This document shows, piece by piece, positions 41,373 through 54,000 of a stretch of 64,000 nucleotides of DNA. Source of the DNA: Marsupella aquatica (lineage: Eukaryota > Plantae > Marchantiophyta); contig OZ316895.1 in assembly GCA_973895155.1 (NCBI GenBank), positions 680,435 through 744,434 on the forward strand. The letters run 5' to 3'. The notes below the pieces were generated by a model, which did no database searches, was not told the origin of the DNA, and saw only the letters and a program-made list of their open reading frames with translations. Both the position numbers and the translations under genes were made by a program. How positions within the stretch are numbered: the first letter of the stretch is position 1; each line of letters begins with the position of its first letter.

Positions 41373-42382
41373 ATCTTTTGTGAACACAGAATTATTGAGC
41401 TATACTCCATACCTAAATATAAATACTTTTATGAGCTATACTATATACATAATACTTTTATTAAGATACACTTGCTCCAAGACAAATTAAGTATCCAAGT
41501 TCAATATGGCTATGCAGTAAAACCTCTAAATTTGAAGCCCCTATTTTCTTGCGATAGATAGACCGTGTGTGGTCACGCAGAACAACACAGGAATATTCCC
41601 CTTGGAATCTACAACTATAATACTTGATCCCGCCAAAAGTTGTCTATCGTCCGTTTCCAAAATGAGATTTGGTGGGAACACTTGCTTACCATTGGATTTA
41701 TGTTATAGTTTATTCCCACCTTTGATGAGTTACAAATGAGTGTAACCAAGCAAACAAGACAATAAAGTACCTAGTGTAGGTGCTACCTAGGTGATAATAA
41801 TTGGAAGTGAACACCTAGCCAGTACAAGTTAAGAACAGCACAATGTTTTTGTCACATATGAATATTCAATAGTGTACTCAATCATTACATGCTATAAAAT
41901 TTATATTATTGGAAGGAAGTAGAGTAATACTCTCCAAATAGGTGTCTATACTTTTGAACAATATATTTATTAGTGGGAAGGGAATTTGTACAGTTTTGTT
42001 TTTTATTCTTTCTCAAAAAGCTAAAATTTGATTTTCCTTTTTAATGTATCTTTGAGGTAATGAAAGGGGAAGGAGAGTCTCCCATGTAATACCCTATCCC
42101 ACCAAAAAGATGGGATAGTTCTTTTCCAAACTCATAAAAAATGGGAATAGATCTTAGAACTTTATCAAAACATTGTTTTTCTACACTATCAGATCTATCC
42201 ATACACACCGTTTAAAATAAATACCTACCCAAGCTACAATCTTTTTCTCTCAAGGACATCTTTTTCATCTCAACATCTTTTTCCTCACCTCAACTTCTTT
42301 TTCTCACCTGCCATCTTTTTCCTCACCTCGATATCTTTTGTGCAACGCACAGGCATTGGGCTAGTGCTCTATATAGCCTTTA

Positions 42383-42852
42383 TTTTTATTTTTTTGCCTT
42401 GAAAAAACCAAATGAATTCCATTCAAATAGCCAGCATACAAAACAGGGGGCCCAAAATAGGGTCCACCCCAAAGGACCAAAGGTCGGAGAGCTAACAACC
42501 GGGGTGCCTCAGGAGGAGGCAACTAAACAAGACATTTAGAGACTACAGTCGGAGCAGCAAACTCCTAAAGACCAGCCAGTGATTAGATTCCGGCGGGGTT
42601 CCTTCCAGTGGGTCCGTGAGAGAAGGATGACTCAATCAGTCAGTCTGCAGTGCAGCTTCGGAGCCTGACAAGGGGAGGGGATGTCACACGTGGAGGTACC
42701 GGCGGGATCTGAAGGATATTCTCATGAATCATCCAAAGACCATTCCAGGTGCCATAGTGCATGTCGTTAAGCTACCAGATTGTATCTTGATTTTCTGCCA
42801 CTACTAGATTGTATCTTGATTTTCTGCCGGTTCCAGTCCCGCCGTATATACA
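42383..42852 (-). mobile_element. Short 5'-truncated LINE-type retroposon with 16-bp TSD
   Basis: Direct repeat ctctatatagccttta at 42367-42382 and 42853-42868. A T-rich tract at the left end corresponds to a poly(A) tail on the - strand. A ~29-bp tandem duplication lies near the 5' junction. Confidence 0.75.
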
Positions 42853-42868
42853 CTCTATATAGCCTTTA

Positions 42869-44090
42869 GTGCTAATGTCGAGTGAAGCGTGAAAGTGGAA
42901 CTTAAAGCTCGGATGGACTGGCAGGTTGTCCATGAAGCCCCATGTATAAATGAAACTTGGATGGACTGGGCTAAAACATATAAATATGCATGGATATTAG
43001 TGTTTACTTTTCTGTCCATACAAAAAAGTGTCAATGACCAGAGCATCACTTCTGTCCAAAGATTTTCCCTATCACTAACTCTGTCCTCACTCATGTCTTA
43101 AAGATATTTTGTCAGAGGCCAGAGCACTGTAATTGAAGGCTTCCCTCCTCCATTCCCCGAATAGAGTTCAATAAAAATATAAAGTATATTTAGGTCCTTA
43201 TATAAATACTTGATTTGCCCTCTATGGTTTATCAAACTTTGAGTATGAGTGCTTCACATTTTACTCATAGTGCCTCAAGTAATTTGCTCAATGGTAAAAT
43301 ACCAAATGAACTTAATTTACTCAAAAATATTTTTTAATGTTTATAAGCCCCGTTAAAAGAGAAGCAAGTAACACAGTGACTCATTAACCAAAGGAACAAT
43401 TCTCACCAAGGAGGCTATGGGGCAAATCTAATGCCCAAATAATCTCAATTTTTACAATGGATTCATATTTTTCTACACATTCGTTAAAGATTCTAGGGCA
43501 TTGACACTTTGCGGAATGACTATAGTTACTACTTTCAGACATGCTTTTACATAATCTTGTAGTTTATATAACATTGCTCTTGTTACAGGGATTGAAGGAA
43601 GTTTTTCATTGTGGAGGTAAAGGAAATTTTAATTTGCATAAGCAGTTGTTGAATACTATTTTTGACAGACCATTGTTCTTGTTGTAAATAATGTTTTGAC
43701 TAATTTATTGCTATAGTGCTACTTGAGATTTTTTGGGGTTAATGAATCCTATTTTTTAGAGAGCGCTGCTCTTGTTACAAGGAGCACTTCGAGTACTTTA
43801 CCGTGGTGGAGATGAGGAAGATTTAAAATGTGTGTTTTCATTCCATTTCATTGACTTTGAAATGAGCACACAATGTTCTTAGGGGACAAAAATGTAGGTA
43901 AACAATTAATGAGAGAGTTTACCATCAATTTATAGTTGGAAGGTCTCATAATTAGGTGTAAAATGGTCTGTCCCATGTCAGAGCCATGTCCATGGCGATA
44001 GATATGTCAGAGCCATGTCCATGGCGATAGATGGGGAGAACGTAGCAGTCCATCCGGGCTTTTGTTTCGTGAAAGTGCGTCACAACAGCA
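42869..44090. mobile_element. Degenerate non-autonomous TIR-type repeat, copy 2
   Basis: Inverted motifs aaagctcggatggactg (42904-42920) and cagtccatccgggcttt (44046-44062). Reverse-complement similarity to 16290-17600. Confidence 0.55.
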
Positions 44091-44343
44091 TTTCATCCTT
44101 TGTTTCTTTCGATCCTGTCATTCGTTGTTGCACTCTCTCGGTCGGCCCTCGATTGATCAGCTCTTGTTAGACTCTTCGGCACCTCTGCCATCCTCTCGAT
44201 CGCATTCCTGCTCTCCTTGTTGACACATCTGCCACAGTGCTCACGTCTTGAGTGCTGTTTTTATTACGTCACTGATGCCACTGCAGATTCATCAATCAAC
44301 TGTGTGCGAAGCAAAACTGACTCTTTCTTACACTACCAAAGCA

Positions 44344-44494
44344 CCGGGGGATGGGGCCGGGGGACGGGGGTGAAGTGTCAAACTCGGGTCGGGGCTGGGA
44401 CCGGGGGATGGGGCCGGGGCCGGGATGGTCCGGGTGCCGACTTGCCGGTTGACGGCCTCTAAAGGCTCTATTTGCCGGGCAAGTCCAAACCGGG
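44344..44494. mobile_element. One-ended fragment of the hAT-like MITE family (reverse orientation)
   Basis: ccggttgacggcctctaaaggctctatttgccgggcaagtccaaaccggg is the reverse complement, with few mismatches, of the left end of 32852-33282. Confidence 0.75.
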
Positions 44495-44507
44495 GATCGG
44501 AATGTAG

Positions 44508-46579
44508 GTATAGACCGATGGGCAGCCTACGGAGGTTATTGCGCACAGAACGGAGGTTATTGCGCACTGAACGGAGCCTACGGAGGTTGTTGCGCACGGA
44601 ACGGAGCCTACGGAGGGGTTTGCGCACGGAACGGAGCCTACGGAGGTTATTGCGCACTGAACGGAGCCTACGGAGGTTGTTGCGCACGGAACGGAGCCGA
44701 CGGAGGTTATTGCGCACTAAACAATCCTTTAGTTCATTCATACAATCCATCAGGGAGTCACCATTCCTCTGTGTTTCCCACAGGGAAGCTGATAGTTACA
44801 TTACTAAAGGCTCGAGGCATCCGAGGCGATGAGATTCATGGTTTTGGTAATATCTGTATTGCACCCTTGTCTTTCTATCTTTCTAGGAGCAAATGACAGT
44901 CTTAGCCGTAACCCTACTTCCGCCGGTCCATGATTCGGTGTGACAATATCTTCCTGATTTTAGAATTGTAAACAGCATTCCGTCAGAGTTTGATCATTGA
45001 CGACTACATTTCCCAACCTGCAACCTGAATTGCTGTTCTGATTTAGAATCTGAAAATGCTCGTACAATCTGCAGGAAAGGCGGACCCGTATGCCTTGATC
45101 AAGGTCGGTGGAAAGGACCATGCTCAAACTGCGAAAAGCGTCGTTCGCAAGGGTATGTTTGGTTTATTTCGTACTTTTCAAGTCCACCGGGGAAATTTGG
45201 AGTTCGCGTTTAATTGTTCCTCAAGGCGTAAACCTTCATAGCTTGTGTCTTGACCCGAAAAATTTCCTCCCCAGCTGCTCTTAACTTGTCGTTAGCTGTA
45301 CTAGGCCTCTTGGCTACTCCTTGGCGATCACAAGTACCCTGATAGATATACTCTTAATAATGCAAAGCTATCCTGCCTGTGTTTCAATGCGTGCACCGTT
45401 GTTGTGGAACAGATCGACAGTGCTCACAGCTTTGGAATTAGTGTCATCTAGTGGCGAAGATATATTTCCATACACGCACTTATAGCGATCAAAGATAGAA
45501 TGCTTGGCACAAATCCTCACTCACTGGCACAACACAGATTTTTATTTTTATATGACGAGTTTCCAAGCTGGAACCTTGTTCACAGTGACTGACACGTCGT
45601 TTTCTCATATGTTAGTGGTGCTTACAAGCCATTGTCCTATTTAGCTTATAAGCTTCGTTATTAATGTCTGCGGCCTGGTAGCGGATGCGATCAATTCACC
45701 AGTATGATGTTGTGCTCGCAATGCTTTCTAAATGAAATGTTCAGAACTTTAGCTTTCTCGAACTTTAGCTTCAGTATTGACATTGCACGGCTAAAAGGGA
45801 AACGGGCAGGTCATAATTTTTCCTCCGATCTCGTATCCCACGTTTCATATTTGTCTTAGTAATGTTGTATTTGTCACTGTATCTCTTGAGGCGTCCACTT
45901 TCTGAACTACTTCTGGGTCCTCTTGAAAGGATATAGGCCTCTTAATGGCGGCTGCTAATTAAACAGTGGGTCCTCCCTTCGAAATTCGAGATTTTCTTAA
46001 CTAGGGAGTTCTAATGCAGATGCTGGAGAAACGCCAGTGTGGAATCAAGTCTTTACCTTTCCGATCAGGAATCAGCATGAGGAGCACAACCAATTGCGGA
46101 TCTTTCTTTACAACGAGAATCATTGGCCACGGAAAGACAACATGATAGGATATATCTCGTAAGTTCAGATACTGCATGACATCATTGGGGACCATCAAAG
46201 GGGAGTTGTAGTTTGCTCTTATGGCTTTGTTAGGATGTCCTAAATGGTGGTTTTTGACAGTTCTCGGGCTTTTGCACCGTCTGTGTTATCCAAGGAAAGC
46301 ATACTAACAAATGCGAATTTCTGTGGCAGGATGAAAAACATGTGTTATTATCTCAGTTTGAACGGAAATACGGTCCAGGAGAGATGGTATCCAGTTTATC
46401 CAGGAGAGGGCTCCATCAGAGGTGAAATATATCTCGGTTTCCATTTCATCCAATGGCACCTTCAAAGCTTCTTTGTGAGACAATTCTCGTTATGGGTGAT
46501 ACTAACCCTGGTGAGAACTCCCATAGGGAGATCGATTGGAAAAATATGGCACAATTGCTCCAATTGGGTATTGGAGTAG
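44508..46579 (+). CDS. Single C2-domain protein (start codon not identified; possibly pseudogenised)
   Basis: Phase-compatible exons ..-44846, 45075-45152, 46020-46158 and 46330-46579 give GKLIVTLLKARGI..GKADPYALIKVG..AKSVVRKDAGETPVWNQVFTFPI..QLRIFLYNEN..DNMIG..RWYPV..RGEIYLGFHF, a complete C2 pattern. Confidence 0.7.
44526..44718. repeat. 30-bp minisatellite (GAACGGAGCCTACGGAGGTTRTTGCGCACK), ~6.5 units
   Basis: Directly visible tandem array, including one shortened 21-bp unit. Confidence 0.9.
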
Positions 46580-47218
46580 CTCAGGTAGGCCTTGCAGTGG
46601 CTGCTCTTTAGTACGACGATTTCGTTGGGATGGCGGAGACTTTCAGGGGATGGACAATTTTCAAGTCTTGGTCCATGTTCCACGTAGAGGAGAGAAGCTG
46701 ATGGAGATAATACACGGTAGAGTTTTGTTCAGACCGGACACAAGCCAGCCATCTTATTCCCGATCATGTATATAATGTAATATAATATATATATTGAGTT
46801 GTAAAGATTTTGAAGATCAAGTGCTTTGAGTCAAGTGAGATGCCGTCGTTAAGTGTGAGCTCCTCCGATGCCTCCATTCATGAAATTGCCTCGATGCCAA
46901 TAGTAGTCATTGTCAATGCAACATTTTCTCTCTTGAAAGGAATTGACGAGAGAAGCTATCCGTGAAATCCCCCAACTTGAAACTGCTATATGTCTTATTG
47001 AGAGTTGATGTCATATATTTTTATTTCAATGTGCCTTGTCAAGGGATGCCTTGTGTATCATATACATTTATAATTAATTTATGAACTCCTTAGTATTCTA
47101 AAGTATTTTGAATCTATTTTGGCAGCCCCTTATAAATTTTAATGTTTATGATTTATTATAAATTTTAATATTTGTGATTTATTAGAGATAAAATGAATGG
47201 TTCCTATCATTTGAACAT

Positions 47219-47662
47219 TCTCATGAATGAGAAAAATGATTCTGATTGTGTTCCCTCATGTCTTTCTTTGTTAAATTTATGGTTCTTTGTTAAATTTATG
47301 GTTCTCATGAATGAGAGAAATGATTCTGATTGTGTTCCCTCATGTCTTTCTTTGTTAAATTTATGGTTCTCATGAATAAGAGAAATGATTCTGATTGTGT
47401 TCCCTCATGTCTTTCTTTGTTAAATTTATGGTTTTTATTGAAATGAGTGTTATTCATGAGTACATTAAATTAAATGCACATATCATAGCATCCTTGATTG
47501 TACTTTTCATTGATCATTGTACATAAATTCTTCTAGTTATGTTTTCATATTTTATGTAGTTTCAAATCACTAAAGACAAAAACTCAATGGTCATTGTACA
47601 CAAATCCTTTTAGTTATGTTTTCATATTTTATGTAGTTTCAAATCACTAGAAGACAAAAACT
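47219..47662. repeat. Tandem duplications (~65-bp x3, then ~76-bp x2) within an AT-rich dispersed repeat
   Basis: tctcatgaat..aatgattctgattgtgttccctcatgtctttctttgttaaatttatggt occurs three times. tcattgtaca..tagttatgttttcatattttatgtagtttcaaatcacta occurs twice. Related motifs (catgttccaggatga, taaatttatggtttt) occur near 29210, 33780 and 34068. Confidence 0.75.
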
Positions 47663-48704
47663 CGAACATGGATGAGTATGCTATATGCTATATCCGGAAT
47701 GCCTTTGAAAATGTTTTCTTCCAGTTTGGGCGAGGTTTATTTTGCATTTGTATCCACAGGAGGCGCAGGTGTTGCACTAGTCTAAGTTTGACCTAGTTTA
47801 ACAGATAACTTCTTTGTTCTCATGAAGATGTGCTTGGAGATAATTAGCCATCTGTAAAATCATCATAAGCAGAACTCTTCTTCAAAAAAATTTCGAGTAG
47901 TAATTGAGGTACAAGTGATGATCTGAGCGTCAGCTTTCATCATTCAGATCCTTCGAATGGTGAAAACCCCTTTTGAGAAATGAATCTCAGCGATCCATAA
48001 TCACCTATTAACGGGTTTTGGTGTTTGAATGCCTCTTCCGCGTGATGGTCGTGTGATCCATCCATATACCGGGCAGTTTTCCAGGCTAGTACTGGAGATG
48101 CTCTTATGAAAGAGATGCCACATATCAACGTTCAGCTGACCCTCAGCACTGGTTTCTTCCAGGGTGATCTCCTGAAGGAAAAATTCAAGTACGACTACAC
48201 TTTTATCTCTGAGGAACCAGATCTAAATGCAGCTGTGAAGACGTGGGTTGGGCCAAATGTCATGGATGCTCGGCATAGTTTTCATGAGGATGCCATCAAC
48301 ATTGTAGTACGCATCATCGAGACATGTAGAACCTTGATCTTCAAAAGACCAAAAGTGACAACATGCGGTTGACTCCATCTTTTGTTGGCGGACACTTCTC
48401 GTGAGACCATGGGCAATCTATCAATCTTTCTGCCTGGACTGTAGAGAGGAGGTAGTTTTCACAATTTACTACTGTATTCACTGTCAAGGTGAGTTCCATG
48501 TGCCACCTCCTTTCGCCTGCTTATTGTGAAAAAGAATATCTGAGCAGTTCAAGATTCTAACAGCGTGGGGCAAATTTTTACCCCTACATCTATGCATGTA
48601 TTTTTACACTCTGGAAAAGGTCTACGTATTAAGCTAACCTAAAGGTCCAATCAAAATTCTTACGGTACAATAATCCATCTGTCAAGCAAAACTTCTGATC
48701 TCCC

Positions 48705-51026
48705 CTAGCACTCAATACGAACTGCACCACTTTGGGAAGACACAAACTTTGGCATTCTTCTGACATCTTCCATACACTGGATCACATCCCCGACTTGAAA
48801 ATCCACCCAGTCCTTAAGAATCATCCCACATTCAGTACCCTTGACGACTGTCTCAACGTCATCCTTCTCTCGTCTCAGAGAAACGCACGGCCCTTCAAAT
48901 AAAACGTCCCCACTGCGTAACACCCGGATCGTGGAGCTCCGAGTAAGCTTACCATCCAGCACTCGACAACCGGCAATTTTAGTGGCACCCCGACACTCTC
49001 GACCCTTTCCTTTGATCTCAAATACACTTAGAATCTCCGCTTGACCGGCTACCTGGGTCTCCTTTTTACCAGCAGCCATAGAAACAATCATGTTGCCAAT
49101 GTCCTCCAAAAGATGATAGATGATGCGATGCTGGCATACCTTTATTTTGGCTCGCCGAGCTGCAGCATCAACAGCACCGGCCATTGCTCGCACATTGAAT
49201 CCCACTACACAAGCTCCACATGCTTCTGCTAGGGCAACATCAGATTGAGACACTGGCCCAACTCCAGTATGTACTATGTTCACAGCAACCTGCAACAGAC
49301 ACACCCACGTCCATCACTAATTTCATCAAACAAGAAAACTCCCAGAAGGTATAGCACTTGGATCTCAACAAACAAGGACTCCTGCACAATCAAAGCGATG
49401 CCCAAACACAAGGCTACAAGAGCCACCCTAACGAAAGACCCTAGCTTCTATATTACATCAAAGTCTAGAACGAAAGTTTCTCTGGTGTCATTAGGACAAT
49501 TGTTGTACCATTTTGGTGCCACCACGATGAGTTAACAACGACTGAATTGTGGACACAACGAAAAGAATACTTGCAAAGAGAACTCCCAAAGACTCAGCCC
49601 ATCATGACATTAGACTTCGATCATTTTTAACTATCCCTTAGAGCTTCAGGAATAATTTCCTACGGCAGAGTCTCTAAATAGATGTCAATCTGAGGCTTTA
49701 GCCTCTTAAAGGATAGGATTGTGTAAACAACTCATCCACAACTTTTTCACTACACGTTACCTGAGCGCTACTGAGGCTCTCCAGAGCTTGACTGACAGCT
49801 TGAGCTGTCCCCTTCACATCCGCTTTGACAACGACAACCATCTCTCTTTTCTCAGATTTATCTTCGTCTGATACTTCAGAATTTGCGGCAGAAGCAATTG
49901 CATGCTGTTTAATCAGCCTCTGAAGACGACCCTCCTCCCCTTGGATAGTTCTTTCATTACTAATCGTCCTTGCCTGTTCTTCAGTAGCAACCACTAAAAC
50001 CTCATCACCTGCTTCTGGAAGACCTTTCAATCCATCAATTTCCACTGGCGTAGACGGCCCTGCTGCAGGAATTTGCTTGCCTAACATGTCTCGTAGGACC
50101 CTTACTCGGCCCCATTGGTTACCAACTACCACGTACTGACTGGGACGCAGTGTCCCCACCTTCACTATCGCAGTTGCAAGAGGTCCTTGCCCTCGATCAA
50201 TTCGTGCCTCCACAACCACAGCATGCACCTCATCCTCAGAATTGGCCACGAGATCCATCATTTCAGCTTGTAGTAACAACGCCTCCTCCAGCTTGTCTAA
50301 ACCTGTGTGCTTAGTGGCTGAGACCTCAACTACCTGGACCTCTCCACCTATGTCCTCCAACTCCAGTCCCTCAACAGCCAATTGCTGGCGAACTCTTTCA
50401 GGGTTTGCTTCAGGCTTGTCACACTTGTTGATGGCAACGACGATTGGCACTTTGGCTGCTAGAGCATGTGACATAGCCTCCCGTGTCTGTGGCATAACAC
50501 CATCATCTGCTGCAACGACCAAAACTACTATGTCTGTCACTGCTGCCCCTCTTGCACGCATCGAGCTAAATGCTGCGTGACCAGGTGTGTCCAAAAATGT
50601 CAGAGACGCCCCAGAGGGCATGCTCACTACAAAGGCACCCAAATGTTGGGTAATTCCACCTGCTTCCTTGGCAGCCAACGAGGTCTGCCTAAGCGCGTCC
50701 AGAAGGGATGTCTTTCCATGGTCAACATGGCCCATTACTGTGACAACTGGAGGACGAATTTTCAGCACTCCTTTTGGCACTTTTAGGGTGTCGAAAGGAG
50801 GCGGCTGAGTAGAGAGGATCAAAGGGGATTTCGTCGACTTCACATCTTTGACAAACGTCTGCGATTGCAATCCATTCTCGAGCGAAGAGAGGGCTCTCCA
50901 TAACAAAATTGCTGTCCGTCCGTCCGTCCGTCCGCACAGCTCTTGTCCGCAGGGAGAAATCGCACGGGACAGCGGAAAAAACCGGACGAGATTCTTAATT
51001 GTTTTCAGTTGCTTGGTAGACCACAT
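48705..51026 (-). CDS. IF2: Translation initiation factor IF-2, probably mitochondrial, 2 coding exons, ~616 aa
   Basis: Exons 51026-49761 and 49289-48705 (phase 0). G-domain motifs RPPVVTVMGHVDHGKTSLLD, GGITQH, FLDTPGHAAF and NKCD; C-terminal IAGCRV..G..ECG. Basic, acid-poor N-terminus resembling a mitochondrial presequence. Confidence 0.92.
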
Positions 51027-54000
51027 GATAACCGGGAGACGCGATTGCCGGAGCGACGTTGAAGTGACCTGCAGGAGCCATCATCGCAAATGAATTAGTG
51101 AGTCGAATTATCGAAAAAGCCCGACAGAGAGACAGATTTCTGTGAGCTTTTGACAAAATGCTCGTACAGTAGTAGCGAACGAAAACAAGACAAGAGCGTG
51201 AGCAGAGGGCAACCTACAGTATTGCATACTCCGTCGATAATCGTCCAGAGTAGAAGGATCTCTTCTCGGTCCCACGGCAAAAAAGAGAGTGAGTAGAGCT
51301 AAGATTTATTTCCTCGCAGGAGCTCGAACGAGAAAATGCTTCGAACCTAGTTTATGACCGACTTGAACGAGACAGAGTGTCGATCAAAAGACCTAAGTGG
51401 ATTCCTATGCGGACGGATGGAGATTGGGCAGAATGCTTCAACCTAATACTGTGATTGCCAACAAATTGACAAAAATCAAACTAGAGCTCCACAAGACATT
51501 GAGAGGAGGGGAGACTGCCGTAGAGCACAGCGAGAACGAATTGACGCATCAATCGACCGCTCAAGACTGAATGTGAGAGAAGGAGAGACTGGAGCACAAC
51601 GAGAACGACTCGTTGAATCAAACGAGCGCTCCCGAAGCCTCAGAGAAACAAATGGAGACGAGAGCAAAACGAGCGCTCCAGAGCTCTCTTCGAGACAAAT
51701 AGACTAGAGACTAGAGCACAAGAAGAGGACTGCTATTTAACAAACGCTTTTGCAAACACTAGAACCAGAAATAACGCTATTTAGTACACTGCCTCGCTTT
51801 TCTTTTCTTTTTCCCTTGAAAATTGAAAGCAGGCCCATCCAACAAAGGATACACTTCGAGAGCATGCATTTTATGTAAGGTAGTCACAAGGGGCTCTCCA
51901 GCATGCATTTCTATGTAAGGGGACCACAAGGGGACCAGACCAGGAGAGAGAGAGGATTAACCAGAACCCCAAAGCTGGCAACCAAGGGCTGAAAAGATAA
52001 TCAATACTCCCACCACTACACCCCACCCACACATACTCTCCTGTTCTAGACTCATCCTCTGGCCAACTGACCAAAGCCAGTTGGTTACTGCCTTGTTTTT
52101 TTGCTTTTTTACAGGGCTAGCCTGAATACCCTTTCTTTGAATATGAATACCAGCTTATTTTTTGAGATGCAAATTTCAGCCAAATTCCACCTCCCCAAAA
52201 ACTGTTAGTCCACTTTTGGCTAACATTCCGGTACATTTTTTGTATGCCATTTGTCACTTTCCCACCTAATCATGGGCCCCATTTGCCAGAATCTAATGGT
52301 TATCTGTAAATCTAGGGATATCTGACAGCCCATCTGACAGTCAAGACGTAATCCAGGATAAATTGTCAACGAATATTCCTAGCGTCTCCTCCCTTAGAGC
52401 TGCAAACATTTGCCACACTGGCTAAAAATAAAAAACCGTAAAAACATGCTGATGAATAGGACAAAAAATTGCATTTCCCAGGTTGCAAGCTCCCTAGCAG
52501 CAGCTCCTTCACAATGTAGGGTTAGGATGTCAATACCTACTAGATGCCCATTCAGCTCCTTGCATTCAATCTATTTAGTTCACAGATCTGCATTAAATCT
52601 TTAGTAGTTGTGCATACTCACCCCACTGCACCCTTGTCATTTTCCAATTCCACCCCAGTTTTTGGTTATGGCCCCATAGTCACGGTCTAGAAGCTTCACT
52701 CTACAGTACGTGTAACCCAAAAGAGTAAGGTTTGACCGCAATTTACTAGTAAGATTACTTAAAATTATCACTCTAGCCTGAAATCAAATGCCCTTTAGTA
52801 CATTGCCTCACTTTTTATGCCACTCCTTGTTTACAGAATTACATGAGTTCTAGTCTGAACATCCAAGACCTGCTTGAAATAGAGAACTAGTTAGTTGGGA
52901 CATATACAATGGTCCGGATGGACCCATGATCTACTAATTGTAGCAGACTGAGGAGGACCCATACTCATCTAAGTAATTCTGTGGGTGAATCTATCCTTGG
53001 CTTAGTTTTAGTAATGGACCAATATATGCTCAGCTCCTGGCTCAACTACAAATGCAGGGTAATTTGATGAGTAAATCAACAATGTTGTACACAAGAAACA
53101 AACAAGCACACATTACACCGATGCCATGGATAAGTGTTTCATCTTTGTCAAGACTACATCTTGAGAATACACAAGGTCTACTAACCACTGGTCACCATGA
53201 CCACACCAAGCCTCCAAATACAAGCTCCAAGATTGCTAGCCTAGCTCCTAGCTTTCACAAATGAGCATGAGTCCCACCATGGAGCTCTCCCTTGCTCCTC
53301 TATATGCTAGGCATGTCTAATTATCTTCAAGACCCTAATGCTGATTAGAATAAGTGAGATCAACCCAAGTCTAAGAGTTAACCATACATTATCAAACACT
53401 ATAATACACGATGCCGCGCTTTTTGTGTTCATCGTCCGTTTATGAAATGCAGGGTGGGCGGGAACCAACCATGGCCCTTAGATTTTTTTGCAATTTTTTA
53501 GATCCCTTGGATATGCCCCAAACCCCCACCCAAGCCCTTTACAAGCCTTGCTCAGGGCATCGGGCCAAGTGATTAAAGCTCATTGCTTCAGTCCTGAGGC
53601 ATGCCCCTGCCCTGCCCTGTCCCCTGACTCTTAGGCTTCCCTAGCCTAGGTCATGCCCTGCCTTGCATGCAATATTCTGCCCACAACCTTGGCTCCCACT
53701 TTGTACATAATGGGTACCTTTTATTGTTGTTATAATACATGTTTGATACAGGTTATAGTACATGTGTTAGGGTACATAGTATACACATAAAGTATTTTTT
53801 TGGCATGGAGCATTAAAGGAGAATAGGTTAAGGCATAGAATTAATTGACCAGAGTTTGAGATTTTTGGCATGGAGCCAAAAAAGGGGAAGTGATAACATT
53901 GAAAAAAAAATTGGCTCTTTTTTCTTGAGAATGGACGGATGGTTATCTTTTCTTCCCAAAAATTTCTTTTTTAATGGTCTTGGAGGGAAAGGAAAACGTG

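Noticed and set aside
44526-44718. Regularly spaced ~30-bp repeats resembling a CRISPR array
   Set aside because: Units are head-to-tail with no unique spacers, there are no cas genes, and the context is eukaryotic; it is a minisatellite.
44328-44832. ORFs with LRRLLRTERS / RNNLRRLRSV repeats suggesting LRR proteins
   Set aside because: Alternative-frame translations of the minisatellite; no LRR consensus.
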